From: Acidobacteriota bacterium
Lineage (GTDB): Bacteria > Pseudomonadota > Gammaproteobacteria > Burkholderiales > Burkholderiaceae_C
Assembly: GCA_050259275.1 (NCBI GenBank)
Contig: JBLNAI010000011.1
Coordinates: 1,151-65,150, forward strand
Length of the DNA stretch: 64,000 nt
Direction of reading: 5' to 3'
Position numbers and translations under genes: made by a program. The notes beneath the pieces are model-generated. The model searched no databases. It saw only the letters and a list, made by a program, of their open reading frames with translations, and was not told where the DNA came from. This document shows, piece by piece, positions 56,184 through 64,000 of the stretch (position 1 is its first letter; every line of letters starts with the position of its first letter).

Positions 56184-57629
56184 ATGAGTCAAGAACACGT
56201 TTCTCCTGAGGCGCAAGCTGCCGAGAATTCCGTCGTGCAAGCGGCGGAGCCCATTGCGCCCGTGCACCCCAGCCAGGAATGGCTGAAAGTCGAATCCCTC
56301 GACCTCGAAGCGCAGGGCGTGGCCCATCGCGCGGATGGCAAGGTCGTCTTCATCGAAGGCGCTTTGCCCGGAGAAGAGGTCCGCGTCTCGGTCTTTCGTA
56401 AAAAGAACAACTGGGAGCAGGGGCAGATCACCGAAATGCGGCATGAGAGCGCCCAGCGCGTCGAGCCGGGCTGCCCGCATTTTGGCCTGTGCGGCGGCTG
56501 CAAGATGCAGCATTTCCACGCCTCGGCCCAGGTGGCCGTGAAGCAGCGCGTTCTGGAGGACAACCTCTGGCATCTGGGCAAGGTCAAGGCCGAGACCCTG
56601 TTGCGTCCCATCGAGGGCCCCACCTGGGGCTATCGCTACCGCGCCCGTCTGTCAGCGCGGTATGTGGCCAAGAAGAACACGGTGTTGGTGGGCTTTCATG
56701 AGCGCAAGTCGCGTTATGTGGCCGACATCCAGACCTGCGCCATCTTGCCGCCGCATGTCAGCCGCCTGTTGATGCCTTTGCGCGAGTTGCTCAACTCGAT
56801 GGCCGAACGTGAGCGCCTGCCTCAGATCGAAGTGGCGGTGGGCTCCAAAGTGACGGTGCTGGTGCTGCGCCACCTGGAAGCCTTGGGCGAGGCCGATCGC
56901 AACAAGCTGCGTGCATTTGCCCTGGAGCACAGTGCCTGGAACGGTGGCCAGCATGTGATCTCGTGGTGGCTGCAGCCCAAGGGCCCGGACAGCGTGCACC
57001 CGCTGGATCCCAGCCTGCCCGGTCTGGACTACGCCTTGCCCGAATTCGGCATCACCATGCCGTTCAAGCCGACCGATTTCACGCAGGTCAACCACGCCAT
57101 CAATCAGGTACTGGTCGGCCGGGCTTTGCGCCTTTTGGATGTCCAACGCGATGAGCGTGTCATTGACTGGTTCTGTGGTCTGGGCAACTTCACCCTGCCT
57201 CTGGCCACGCAAGCGCGCGAGGTCTTGGGAATTGAAGGCAGCGAGCAGTTGGTGGCGCGCTCACGCGAGAACGTGGTGGCCAATGGCATCACCACGCCCA
57301 CCACTTTTGTGGCGCGCAATCTGTTCGAGATGACACCGCAAGAGTTGGCGGCCTATGGTCACGCCGACAAGTGGCTGATCGACCCGCCACGTGAGGGCGC
57401 CTTTGCAATCGCCAAAGCCATGGCTGATCTGCATCAGGACCCGAGCCTGGTGCCCGACTGGGTGCCGCCCAAGCGCATCGTCTACGTCAGTTGCAGCCCG
57501 GGCACCCTGGCACGCGATGCGGGCTTGCTGGTGCATCAGGCAGGCTACCGATGCGTGGCCGCCGGCGCGGTCAATATGTTCCCGCACACGGCCCACGTCG
57601 AAAGCATGGCAGTGTTCGAGCGGGCTTAG
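56184..57629 (+). CDS. rlmD: 23S rRNA m5U1939 methyltransferase
   Basis: TRAM domain, Fe-S Cys motif [40 protein letters not shown]. Confidence 0.95.
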   Translation: MSQEHVSPEAQAAENSVVQAAEPIAPVHPSQEWLKVESLDLEAQGVAHRADGKVVFIEGALPGEEVRVSVFRKKNNWEQGQITEMRHESAQRVEPGCPHFGLCGGCKMQHFHASAQVAVKQRVLEDNLWHLGKVKAETLLRPIEGPTWGYRYRARLSARYVAKKNTVLVGFHERKSRYVADIQTCAILPPHVSRLLMPLRELLNSMAERERLPQIEVAVGSKVTVLVLRHLEALGEADRNKLRAFALEHSAWNGGQHVISWWLQPKGPDSVHPLDPSLPGLDYALPEFGITMPFKPTDFTQVNHAINQVLVGRALRLLDVQRDERVIDWFCGLGNFTLPLATQAREVLGIEGSEQLVARSRENVVANGITTPTTFVARNLFEMTPQELAAYGHADKWLIDPPREGAFAIAKAMADLHQDPSLVPDWVPPKRIVYVSCSPGTLARDAGLLVHQAGYRCVAAGAVNMFPHTAHVESMAVFERA

Positions 57630-58690
57630 CGCGCGCGTCGTTCGATGCGCACGGTTTGCGGTTTGGGCTGCATGGGCACGCTGGGTGCGTTGTCACCCAA
57701 GGCCCGCGCCCGCAACTGGCCGCAGCCGCCATCGATGTCTTGCCCGGCGGAGTGCCGAAGTTTGGTCAACACCCCACGTTGATGCAGCTGGCGCGCCATG
57801 GCGGCCGCACGCGCCCAGTCCGGGCGTTGATACGGGGTGCCTTCAACCGAGTTGAAAGGGATCAGATTCATCAAAGCGTACTTGCCAGTGAGCAGGCGCA
57901 CGATGCCGTCGATCTCTTCCTGGCTGTCGTTGATGCCGTCCAGCAAGGTCCACTGGTACTGGATCGGGTAGCCAGTGGTTCGGGCATAGTGCTCACCCAT
58001 GTCCACCAGTTCATCGGGTGTGATCCGAGGCGCCTTGGGTAGCAGTTGCTCACGCAAGTCGGCACGCGTGGTGTGCAGGGACAGGGCCAGCGCAGGCTTG
58101 ACGGGGCCTTGTGGCAAGCGCTCGAATGCGCGTGGGTCGCCCACGGTCGAGAACACCAGGCTCTTGTGCCCGATGCCGCCTGCGGTGCCGAGCAACTCGA
58201 TGGCTTCCATCACGTTGTCCAGATTGTGCGCCGGCTCGCCCATGCCCATGAACACGACCTTTTTGACGGGGCGTCGGGCGCGCGCCAAGGCCACCTGGGC
58301 CACGATCTCGGCGCTGCCGACCTGACGCAGCAAACCGTCTTTGCCTGTCATGCAAAACACGCAGCCGACGGCGCAACCCACCTGGGTCGACACACACAGG
58401 CCGCCGCGCGGCAACAGCACGCTTTCCACCATCTGGCCATCCGCCAGTTGCACCAGCAGCCGCTCGGATCCGTCTTCGCCGGGGTGAGCCGACTGCAGCG
58501 CCACCAGGCCTTGCAGGTCGGCGGCCAGTTGGGGCATCAGCTCGCGTACCTCCAGGGGCAAGAAGTCCTGGGGGCGCCGTCGCCCGGCTTCATAGGGCAA
58601 GGCCTGCGACCACTGGCGCAACACACGCTGCTCATGGCAGGGTTTGGCGCCGCGCTCTTGCAGGCGTTGTCGAATCTGTTCAATGCGCAT
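57626..58690 (-). CDS. RlmN/Cfr-family radical SAM RNA methyltransferase (RlmN paralogue)
   Basis: [34 protein letters not shown]. Confidence 0.9.
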   Translation of the reverse strand: MRIEQIRQRLQERGAKPCHEQRVLRQWSQALPYEAGRRRPQDFLPLEVRELMPQLAADLQGLVALQSAHPGEDGSERLLVQLADGQMVESVLLPRGGLCVSTQVGCAVGCVFCMTGKDGLLRQVGSAEIVAQVALARARRPVKKVVFMGMGEPAHNLDNVMEAIELLGTAGGIGHKSLVFSTVGDPRAFERLPQGPVKPALALSLHTTRADLREQLLPKAPRITPDELVDMGEHYARTTGYPIQYQWTLLDGINDSQEEIDGIVRLLTGKYALMNLIPFNSVEGTPYQRPDWARAAAMARQLHQRGVLTKLRHSAGQDIDGGCGQLRARALGDNAPSVPMQPKPQTVRIERRAR

Positions 58691-59741
58691 GGCGGCGAGT
58701 GTAAGCAAGCTGGGCGTTCAGGCGGGCACGGATGACGCTGGGCGTGTCGCCGGTCCAGCGCTTGAATGCGCGGGTGAAATGGGCCGGGTCGTCGAACCCG
58801 ATCTGGTGGGCGATGTCGGCAATGGCGATCTCGGTGGAGGCCAGCAGCGCTTGTGCGGCGCGCAGCCGAGTCGCATCCTGCAAGGACTTGAAGGTGCAGC
58901 CCTCGCGTTGCAGGTGGCGTTTGAGGGTTCGTTCCGATACGAAGAGCGCCTGGGCCATTTGTTCGATGGTGCGGGGCGTCGGTGCATGTGCGGAGGAGGG
59001 CGCCTGCAGCCGTGCCAACACCCGCTCGCGCCAGCTCCCGGCCAGCCCCAGGCGCACCAGTTCTGCATCGCACTGCGCGCAGGCTTCACGCAGAGCCTGT
59101 GCGTTGGCTGAAGGAGGGCGCGCCGTCAGCGCACGGACATGAACGGCCATGCGGTTGACTGGCCAATTGAACGTGGTGAGTGGCAGCTTGTCCTGGTAGG
59201 TCTTGAAATACGCGGGCTCTGGCATGTCAAAGTACAACTGCAGCTGTTCTTTGGCCACATGGGCGAGCGTGCGAATCAAGGTGATGATCTCGACCAAGGC
59301 CGAGGTCATGCCGAAATGACGCAGGCCTTCGATAGCCAGACGCTCGTGCACGTCCACCCAGATCCACTCACCGTGCTGTTGGATGTGCATGTCGTAGTAC
59401 GGCATGCGGGTGTGGTGATAGCGCATGCCCAGTTGCATGGCATCGCCCAGGGTCGCGCAGCTCATCAGGGCCACGCCCAGAGGGCCATGTTTGGTGGGAT
59501 ACCCGCGCAGGCCGGCTTCCATGCCCAGGGCCGGGCCAAAGGCTTCCAGCGCCAACAGGAGCAGGGACTCGTAATCCTTGCAGCGCAGGCGGCCCGTTTG
59601 GTGCGCCTGGACCAGAGCCGGATGTTCGGTCATCCACTCATGCGCGATACCGTGATCGCGCAGCACCGATTCGACCACGGACCAGTAGGCCAGCGAAACC
59701 AGTGGTTTGTCTGAATCGCGATGAGGGGTTTGAGTCGGCAT
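58680..59741 (-). CDS. AraC-family transcriptional regulator
   Basis: C-terminal double HTH SERTLKRHL..IAHQIGFDDPAHFTRAFKRWTG. Confidence 0.92.
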   Translation of the reverse strand: MPTQTPHRDSDKPLVSLAYWSVVESVLRDHGIAHEWMTEHPALVQAHQTGRLRCKDYESLLLLALEAFGPALGMEAGLRGYPTKHGPLGVALMSCATLGDAMQLGMRYHHTRMPYYDMHIQQHGEWIWVDVHERLAIEGLRHFGMTSALVEIITLIRTLAHVAKEQLQLYFDMPEPAYFKTYQDKLPLTTFNWPVNRMAVHVRALTARPPSANAQALREACAQCDAELVRLGLAGSWRERVLARLQAPSSAHAPTPRTIEQMAQALFVSERTLKRHLQREGCTFKSLQDATRLRAAQALLASTEIAIADIAHQIGFDDPAHFTRAFKRWTGDTPSVIRARLNAQLAYTRRHAH

Positions 59742-59838
59742 GGCCCGAAATGGCTATCAAATTGGCTCGATTGTCTCTCACGCTGGCCCGCTGCGCGTTT
59801 GCACAATCGTTCATCCCCAGCCACTACAGGACGAAGAC

Positions 59839-61323
59839 GTGAAGTTTGACGAATACCGCCGCATGGATGCCACCGGGCTGGCTCAATTGCTCAGCACGGG
59901 GCAAGTCAGCGCCAGTGAATTGCTGGACACGGCCATCACCCGGCTGGAGCAGGTCAATCCGCAGATCAATGCCGTGATCATTCGCCTGGATGAACAAGCC
60001 AAAGCCCGTACACGGCAGACACTGAGCGGGCCCTTTGCCGGTGTGCCGTTCCTGACCAAGGACCTGTTTCAGGAAATTCAAGGCGCACCCAACTACAACG
60101 GCTGCCAGGCACTCAAGCGGGCCGGGCATGTGGCACCCGCCCACGCCGTGATTACGCAGCGGTGGCTGGATGCCGGTGTGGTGATCTTCGGTCGAACCAA
60201 CACGCCGGAATTCGGCGCCAAAGGGGTCACCGAGCCCCATGCCTTTGGGCCGACTCGCAACCCCTGGAACACCGCGCTCACCCCTGGTGGCTCGTCGGGC
60301 GGATCAGCGGCGGCCGTGGCCTCCGGTGTGGTGCCCATGGCAGGCGCCAACGACGGCGGGGGGTCGATCCGCATTCCGGCTGCTTGCTGCGGCTTGTTCG
60401 GCCTCAAGCCGGGACGCGGTCGCAACCCCTGGGGGCCCGACCTGTCAGAGTACATGCACGGCGGGGTGATGAACCATGTGCTGACCCGTTCGGTGCGCGA
60501 TAGCGCCGCCATGCTCGACGCCACGCACGGGCCTGAATTGGGCTCGCTGGCCTTGATTGCACCGCCAGAGCGTCCTTACTTGCAAGAAGTAAGCACGGCG
60601 CCGGGCAAGCTGCGCATTGCGTTCAGCACCGCTTCGCCCATCAACGCGCCGGTGCACCCCTCTGCCATCGAGGCTGTGCGCAAAACCGCCCAGTTGCTAT
60701 CCGATCTGGGGCATCACGTGGAGGAGGCCGCGCCTCAGCTGGATCAGGTTCAGGCCGCCAAGCATTTCATCACCATGTGGCTGGTCAACTGCGCGCAATT
60801 TGCTGAAGAAGTCAAACGCCGAACGGGCTGTGGTTGGGATGGTTTTGAGCCCGACACGCGCGCCATGGTGGACTTTGGCCGAGCCCTGACGGGCAGCGAA
60901 TACCTGGCTGCGCACACCGGCGCCAAGCAATGCAACATGGCCATGGCGCGTTTCTTCCAAGGCTATGAGCTGTGGCTGACGCCCACCTTGGCGGCGCCAC
61001 CCGGTGCGATCGGCAGCACCGACATCCCGGCTTGGCAACGCACGGCCTTGCGTGTGGTGGCTGGCTTGGGTTTGACGCGCGCCATGATCCGCGCAGGGGT
61101 GATGGACCAATTGGCCCATGAGAACCTCGAGTGGCTGCCTTTCACGCAACTGGCCAACATCACTGGCCTGCCCGCCATGTCCATGCCTTTGTTCACCACC
61201 GATGACGGCTTGCCCAGCGGCGTGCACTTCACCGCCCCGATGGGACAGGAAGGGCTGCTGTTTCGGCTGGCTGGGCAACTGGAGCAGGCGCAGCCCTGGG
61301 CCAACCGTTATCCGGCTCTGTGA
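59839..61323 (+). CDS. Amidase-signature family amidase
   Basis: FLTKD (Lys), TPGGSSGGSAA, NDGGGSIRIPA; probable GTG start at 59839. Confidence 0.93.
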   Translation: MKFDEYRRMDATGLAQLLSTGQVSASELLDTAITRLEQVNPQINAVIIRLDEQAKARTRQTLSGPFAGVPFLTKDLFQEIQGAPNYNGCQALKRAGHVAPAHAVITQRWLDAGVVIFGRTNTPEFGAKGVTEPHAFGPTRNPWNTALTPGGSSGGSAAAVASGVVPMAGANDGGGSIRIPAACCGLFGLKPGRGRNPWGPDLSEYMHGGVMNHVLTRSVRDSAAMLDATHGPELGSLALIAPPERPYLQEVSTAPGKLRIAFSTASPINAPVHPSAIEAVRKTAQLLSDLGHHVEEAAPQLDQVQAAKHFITMWLVNCAQFAEEVKRRTGCGWDGFEPDTRAMVDFGRALTGSEYLAAHTGAKQCNMAMARFFQGYELWLTPTLAAPPGAIGSTDIPAWQRTALRVVAGLGLTRAMIRAGVMDQLAHENLEWLPFTQLANITGLPAMSMPLFTTDDGLPSGVHFTAPMGQEGLLFRLAGQLEQAQPWANRYPAL

Positions 61324-61333
61324 CGCGGACATG

Positions 61334-61362
61334 AAAAAGCCGAGGGGCATGCCCTCGGCTTT
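61334..61362. terminator. Bidirectional intrinsic terminator between the amidase and phoH-like genes
   Basis: AAAAAGCCGAGGG-GCATG-CCCTCGGCTTT. Confidence 0.8.
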
Positions 61363-61387
61363 CGGGAAGTGTGTTGCCTTTCGCGCT

Positions 61388-63091
61388 TCAGAGCACTTCT
61401 GAGGCGAAGTCCGCCAGGCGTGAACGCTCACCACGCGCCAGCATGACGTGGCCGCTGTGTGGCCAGCCCTTGAACTTGTCCACCGCATAGGTCAGGCCGG
61501 AGCTGCCTTCCGTCAGGTATGGGGTGTCGATCTGCGCCAGGTTGCCCATGCAGATGATCTTGGTGCCCGGGCCGGCCCGGGTGATCAAGGTTTTCATCTG
61601 TTTGGGCGTGAGGTTTTGCGCCTCGTCCAGGATCACGAACTTGTTCAAGAAGGTGCGGCCCCGCATGAAGTTCATGCTCTTGATCTTGATCTTGCTGCGC
61701 ACCAGTTCATTGGTGGCGGCCCGACCCCATTCGCCCGCGCTGTTGTCGCTGCGGGCCAGCACTTCCAGGTTGTCGTCCAGCGCGCCCATCCAGGGCGACA
61801 TCTTTTCTTCTTCCGTACCAGGCAGGAAGCCGATGTCTTCGCCCACTGGCACGGTCACGCGGGTCACAATCACTTCGGTGTAGCGACGGTCGTCCAGCAC
61901 CTGGCTCAGGGCGGCGGCCAGCGTCATCAAGGTCTTGCCCGTACCGGCCGAGCCCGTCAGCGTCACGAAGTCGCATTCCGGGTCCATCAGCAAGTTCAGG
62001 GCAAAGTTCTGTTCGCGGTTGCGCGCTGTCACGCCCCACACCCCGTGCTTGGGGTTGGTGTAGTCCTTGACGGTCTTGAGCACGGCGGTTTTGCCGGTGA
62101 TCTCTGTGACCTTGCCGTACCAGGGCGACGAGCCCGGTGCTTCGAGGTACACGAACTGGTTGACCAGCAAGGTCGACACCATCGGGCCCGCGATGCGGTA
62201 GAAGGTCTGTCCTCCCTGGGTCCAGCTCTCCATGCCTTTGCCGTGGCGCTCCCAGAAATCAGGGGGCAGGGGCAGCACACCGGTGTACAGCAGGTCGCCG
62301 TCTTCCAGGGTCTTGTCGTTGAAGTAATCTTCAGCCGGCAAGCCCATGGCGCGGGCCTTGATCCGCATGTTGATGTCCTTGGACACCAGCACCACGTCGC
62401 GGCCCGGATATTGATCGCGCAAGGCCTGCACCACACCCAGGATCTGGTTGTCGGCCTTGCCTTGCGGCAGCCCCATGGGCAACTGCACCGCCATCGCGGT
62501 GGTCTGGAAGTACAGCTTGCCGCCTGCATCGACGTGGCCGGTCTTGGCCAGAGGGATGCCTTCGGCAGGATTGAGTTGCTGGTGGTGGCCGCCATCGGTG
62601 GCCAGGCCATCCAGTTCGCGGCTGACCTGGCGTGCGTTGCGCGCCACTTCAGTCATGCCCTTCTTGTGACCGTCCAGTTCTTCCAGCGTGATCATGGGCA
62701 GGAAGACGTCATGTTCCTCAAAGCGGAACAGCGACATGGGATCGTGCAACAGGACGTTGGTGTCCAGCACGAACAACTTGGCCGGTCCGGCGTCGACTGG
62801 CTTGCGTTTGCGCGTGGAAGCCGGGCTGGCCGCTGGTGCCTTGGCCTTGCTGGCTGCGGTGGCCGTGGGCGTCGGGACGGTGGTTTCCTTTTCGGCGACG
62901 ATGGGCGCCGCAGTCGGGATGGGTTTGGGCTTGACGAGTTCCAGTACCGGCGGGGTGATGGCTGGCGCAACAGGCACGGTCGCGGCGCGTTTGGTGCCTT
63001 TGCTTGTTTTCTTGACAGGTTTGGGCTGGGACGAGAAGTCGTCAGCGGTCAGCATGTCAGCGCGTTTGGTGGGCGGCTTAGGCAGAGGCAT
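61388..63091 (-). CDS. PhoH-family protein (PIN domain plus PhoH ATPase)
   Basis: FVLDTNVLLHDP, ELDGHK, ADNQIL, SKDINMRIKA, GSAGTGKT, RGRT, DEAQN, GNLAQID. Confidence 0.94.
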   Translation of the reverse strand: MPLPKPPTKRADMLTADDFSSQPKPVKKTSKGTKRAATVPVAPAITPPVLELVKPKPIPTAAPIVAEKETTVPTPTATAASKAKAPAASPASTRKRKPVDAGPAKLFVLDTNVLLHDPMSLFRFEEHDVFLPMITLEELDGHKKGMTEVARNARQVSRELDGLATDGGHHQQLNPAEGIPLAKTGHVDAGGKLYFQTTAMAVQLPMGLPQGKADNQILGVVQALRDQYPGRDVVLVSKDINMRIKARAMGLPAEDYFNDKTLEDGDLLYTGVLPLPPDFWERHGKGMESWTQGGQTFYRIAGPMVSTLLVNQFVYLEAPGSSPWYGKVTEITGKTAVLKTVKDYTNPKHGVWGVTARNREQNFALNLLMDPECDFVTLTGSAGTGKTLMTLAAALSQVLDDRRYTEVIVTRVTVPVGEDIGFLPGTEEEKMSPWMGALDDNLEVLARSDNSAGEWGRAATNELVRSKIKIKSMNFMRGRTFLNKFVILDEAQNLTPKQMKTLITRAGPGTKIICMGNLAQIDTPYLTEGSSGLTYAVDKFKGWPHSGHVMLARGERSRLADFASEVL

Positions 63092-63120
63092 GGTGTAGTC
63101 CGTGGCAAGGTTGGCACAAA

Positions 63121-63149
63121 CAAAAAAGCCGCACAGAACTCTGTGCGGC
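63121..63149 (-). terminator. Intrinsic terminator immediately upstream of the phoH-like start codon
   Basis: Minus strand reads GCCGCACAG-AGTT-CTGTGCGGC-TTTTTT, ending about 30 nt before the ATG at 63091. Confidence 0.75.
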
Positions 63150-63327
63150 CTGCGGCTGAAGGTCCTCGCAGACATCAGCGGGTCGGGATCCGAAAACTTG
63201 ACTGAGTCGAGAAAAGCTCAGGTGCATGAAATTCATTATGCACACTCCCTGCGCGATTGGTGTGGCTGTCAGTGTGATGCAACACGCAACCTGCCGTCAT
63301 GCGAAACAAATGGCAAGAGCGGGGCAA

Positions 63328-63354
63328 CAAAAAGGCGCCTCTCAGGGCGCCTTT
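63328..63354 (-). terminator. Intrinsic terminator after bcp
   Basis: Minus strand reads AAAGGCGCC-CTGAGA-GGCGCCTTTTT. Confidence 0.75.
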
Positions 63355-63381
63355 CACTGCGTTGCACGCAAAATGGGTCGA

Positions 63382-63861
63382 TCAGGCAGCTTCCTGATTG
63401 AGACCTTGCACAGCCTTGAGCACGTCGTCGACGTGACCGGCCACTTTGATGCCACGCCATTCTTCGCGCAGCACGCCGTCGGGGCCGATCAAGAAGGTGC
63501 TGCGCTCGATGCCCTTGACCTTCTTGCCGTACATGATTTTGTTCTTGACCACGCCAAACATGTGGCACAGCTTCTCTTCGGTATCGGCGATCAATTCGTA
63601 GGGCAGCTCAAGGTTCTGCTTGAATTTGTCGTGCGAAGCGAGGTTGTCGCGCGAAACGCCGAACACCACGGCGCCAGCATTGACGAATTCGTCATGCTTG
63701 TCACGAAACTGCATGGCTTCTGTGGTGCAACCGGGCGTGTGGTCCTTAGGATAGAAGTACAACACCACGGTGCGACCCGCAAAAGCTTGGGGTGTGAATT
63801 TCACGCCGCCAGTGGCGACGGCTTCAAATTCGGGCAAAGGTTTGTTCAGGGCGGGTGTCAT
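63382..63861 (-). CDS. bcp: Peroxiredoxin, BCP/PrxQ family
   Basis: VLYFYPKDHTPGCTTEA, GVSRD, ERSTFLI. Confidence 0.95.
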   Translation of the reverse strand: MTPALNKPLPEFEAVATGGVKFTPQAFAGRTVVLYFYPKDHTPGCTTEAMQFRDKHDEFVNAGAVVFGVSRDNLASHDKFKQNLELPYELIADTEEKLCHMFGVVKNKIMYGKKVKGIERSTFLIGPDGVLREEWRGIKVAGHVDDVLKAVQGLNQEAA

Positions 63862-63959
63862 GTTCTCGTGATCAGCCTGCAGGAGTAGCCAGCAATTATA
63901 AAGTGCTTGTCAGACGACATCGGCACAAGGGTGTTGCAATGTCTGATCTCACGTTGATT

Positions 63960-64000
63960 TCAAGGTTCCACCAACAGTGCCGCCATGACCTTGCGCCCTT
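63960..64000 (-). CDS. 3' end of a gene entering from outside the window, possibly Mth938-like (DUF498)
   Basis: Reads ..GRKVMAALLVEP*, resembling the EGRxVxAAL C-terminus of Mth938-like proteins; only 12 codons are visible. Confidence 0.45.
   Translation of the reverse strand, partial: GRKVMAALLVEP

Noticed and set aside
1-64000. tRNA, rRNA, IS/transposase, integrase or prophage genes
   Set aside because: I saw no T-arm GTTCGA-type cloverleaf, DDE or tyrosine-recombinase motifs, or phage genes by eye; tRNAscan-SE or ISEScan would be decisive.

Overview
GC-rich betaproteobacterial chromosome segment. Gene content and order suggest Burkholderiales, probably Aquabacterium/Sphaerotilaceae-like (inference). 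The left edge (minus strand, <1-3561) holds the most unusual element, an apparent four-gene operon. It encodes (i) a 224-aa diblock polypeptide with an acidic Tyr/Asp/Gly DPY-repeat half and 17 tandem PPLIR/PPLLVR repeats, (ii) a eukaryote-like protein-arginine methyltransferase fused to a borosin-binding-domain (BBD)-like module that has its own internal Shine-Dalgarno, (iii) a split-borosin backbone N-methyltransferase, and (iv) a signal-less subtilase that runs off the window edge. This looks like an unusual dual-methyltransferase RiPP system. Next come a periplasmic-binding protein/hybrid kinase/TonB receptor cassette, an MFS transporter and a secreted-hydrolase cluster (triple ricin-lectin lipase, LipA-type lipase with foldase, GntR, GlyGly-CTERM subtilase) whose two lipase genes share a duplicated promoter architecture. 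These are followed by a di-haem peroxidase/porin/FMN-binding/ApbE/cytochrome-b flavinylation cluster, srkA, an AT-richer lipoprotein, an EAL-HDOD gene and the flgA-N flagellar cluster. The remainder is largely core genes: recJ, lolC/E..lolD, tatD, a GspE-like ATPase, a two-component pair, surE-pcm-nlpD-rlmD (no rpoS), an RlmN paralogue, AraC/amidase, phoH-like and bcp. I saw no tRNA, rRNA, CRISPR or IS element. Family assignments come from motif recognition, not from database searches.
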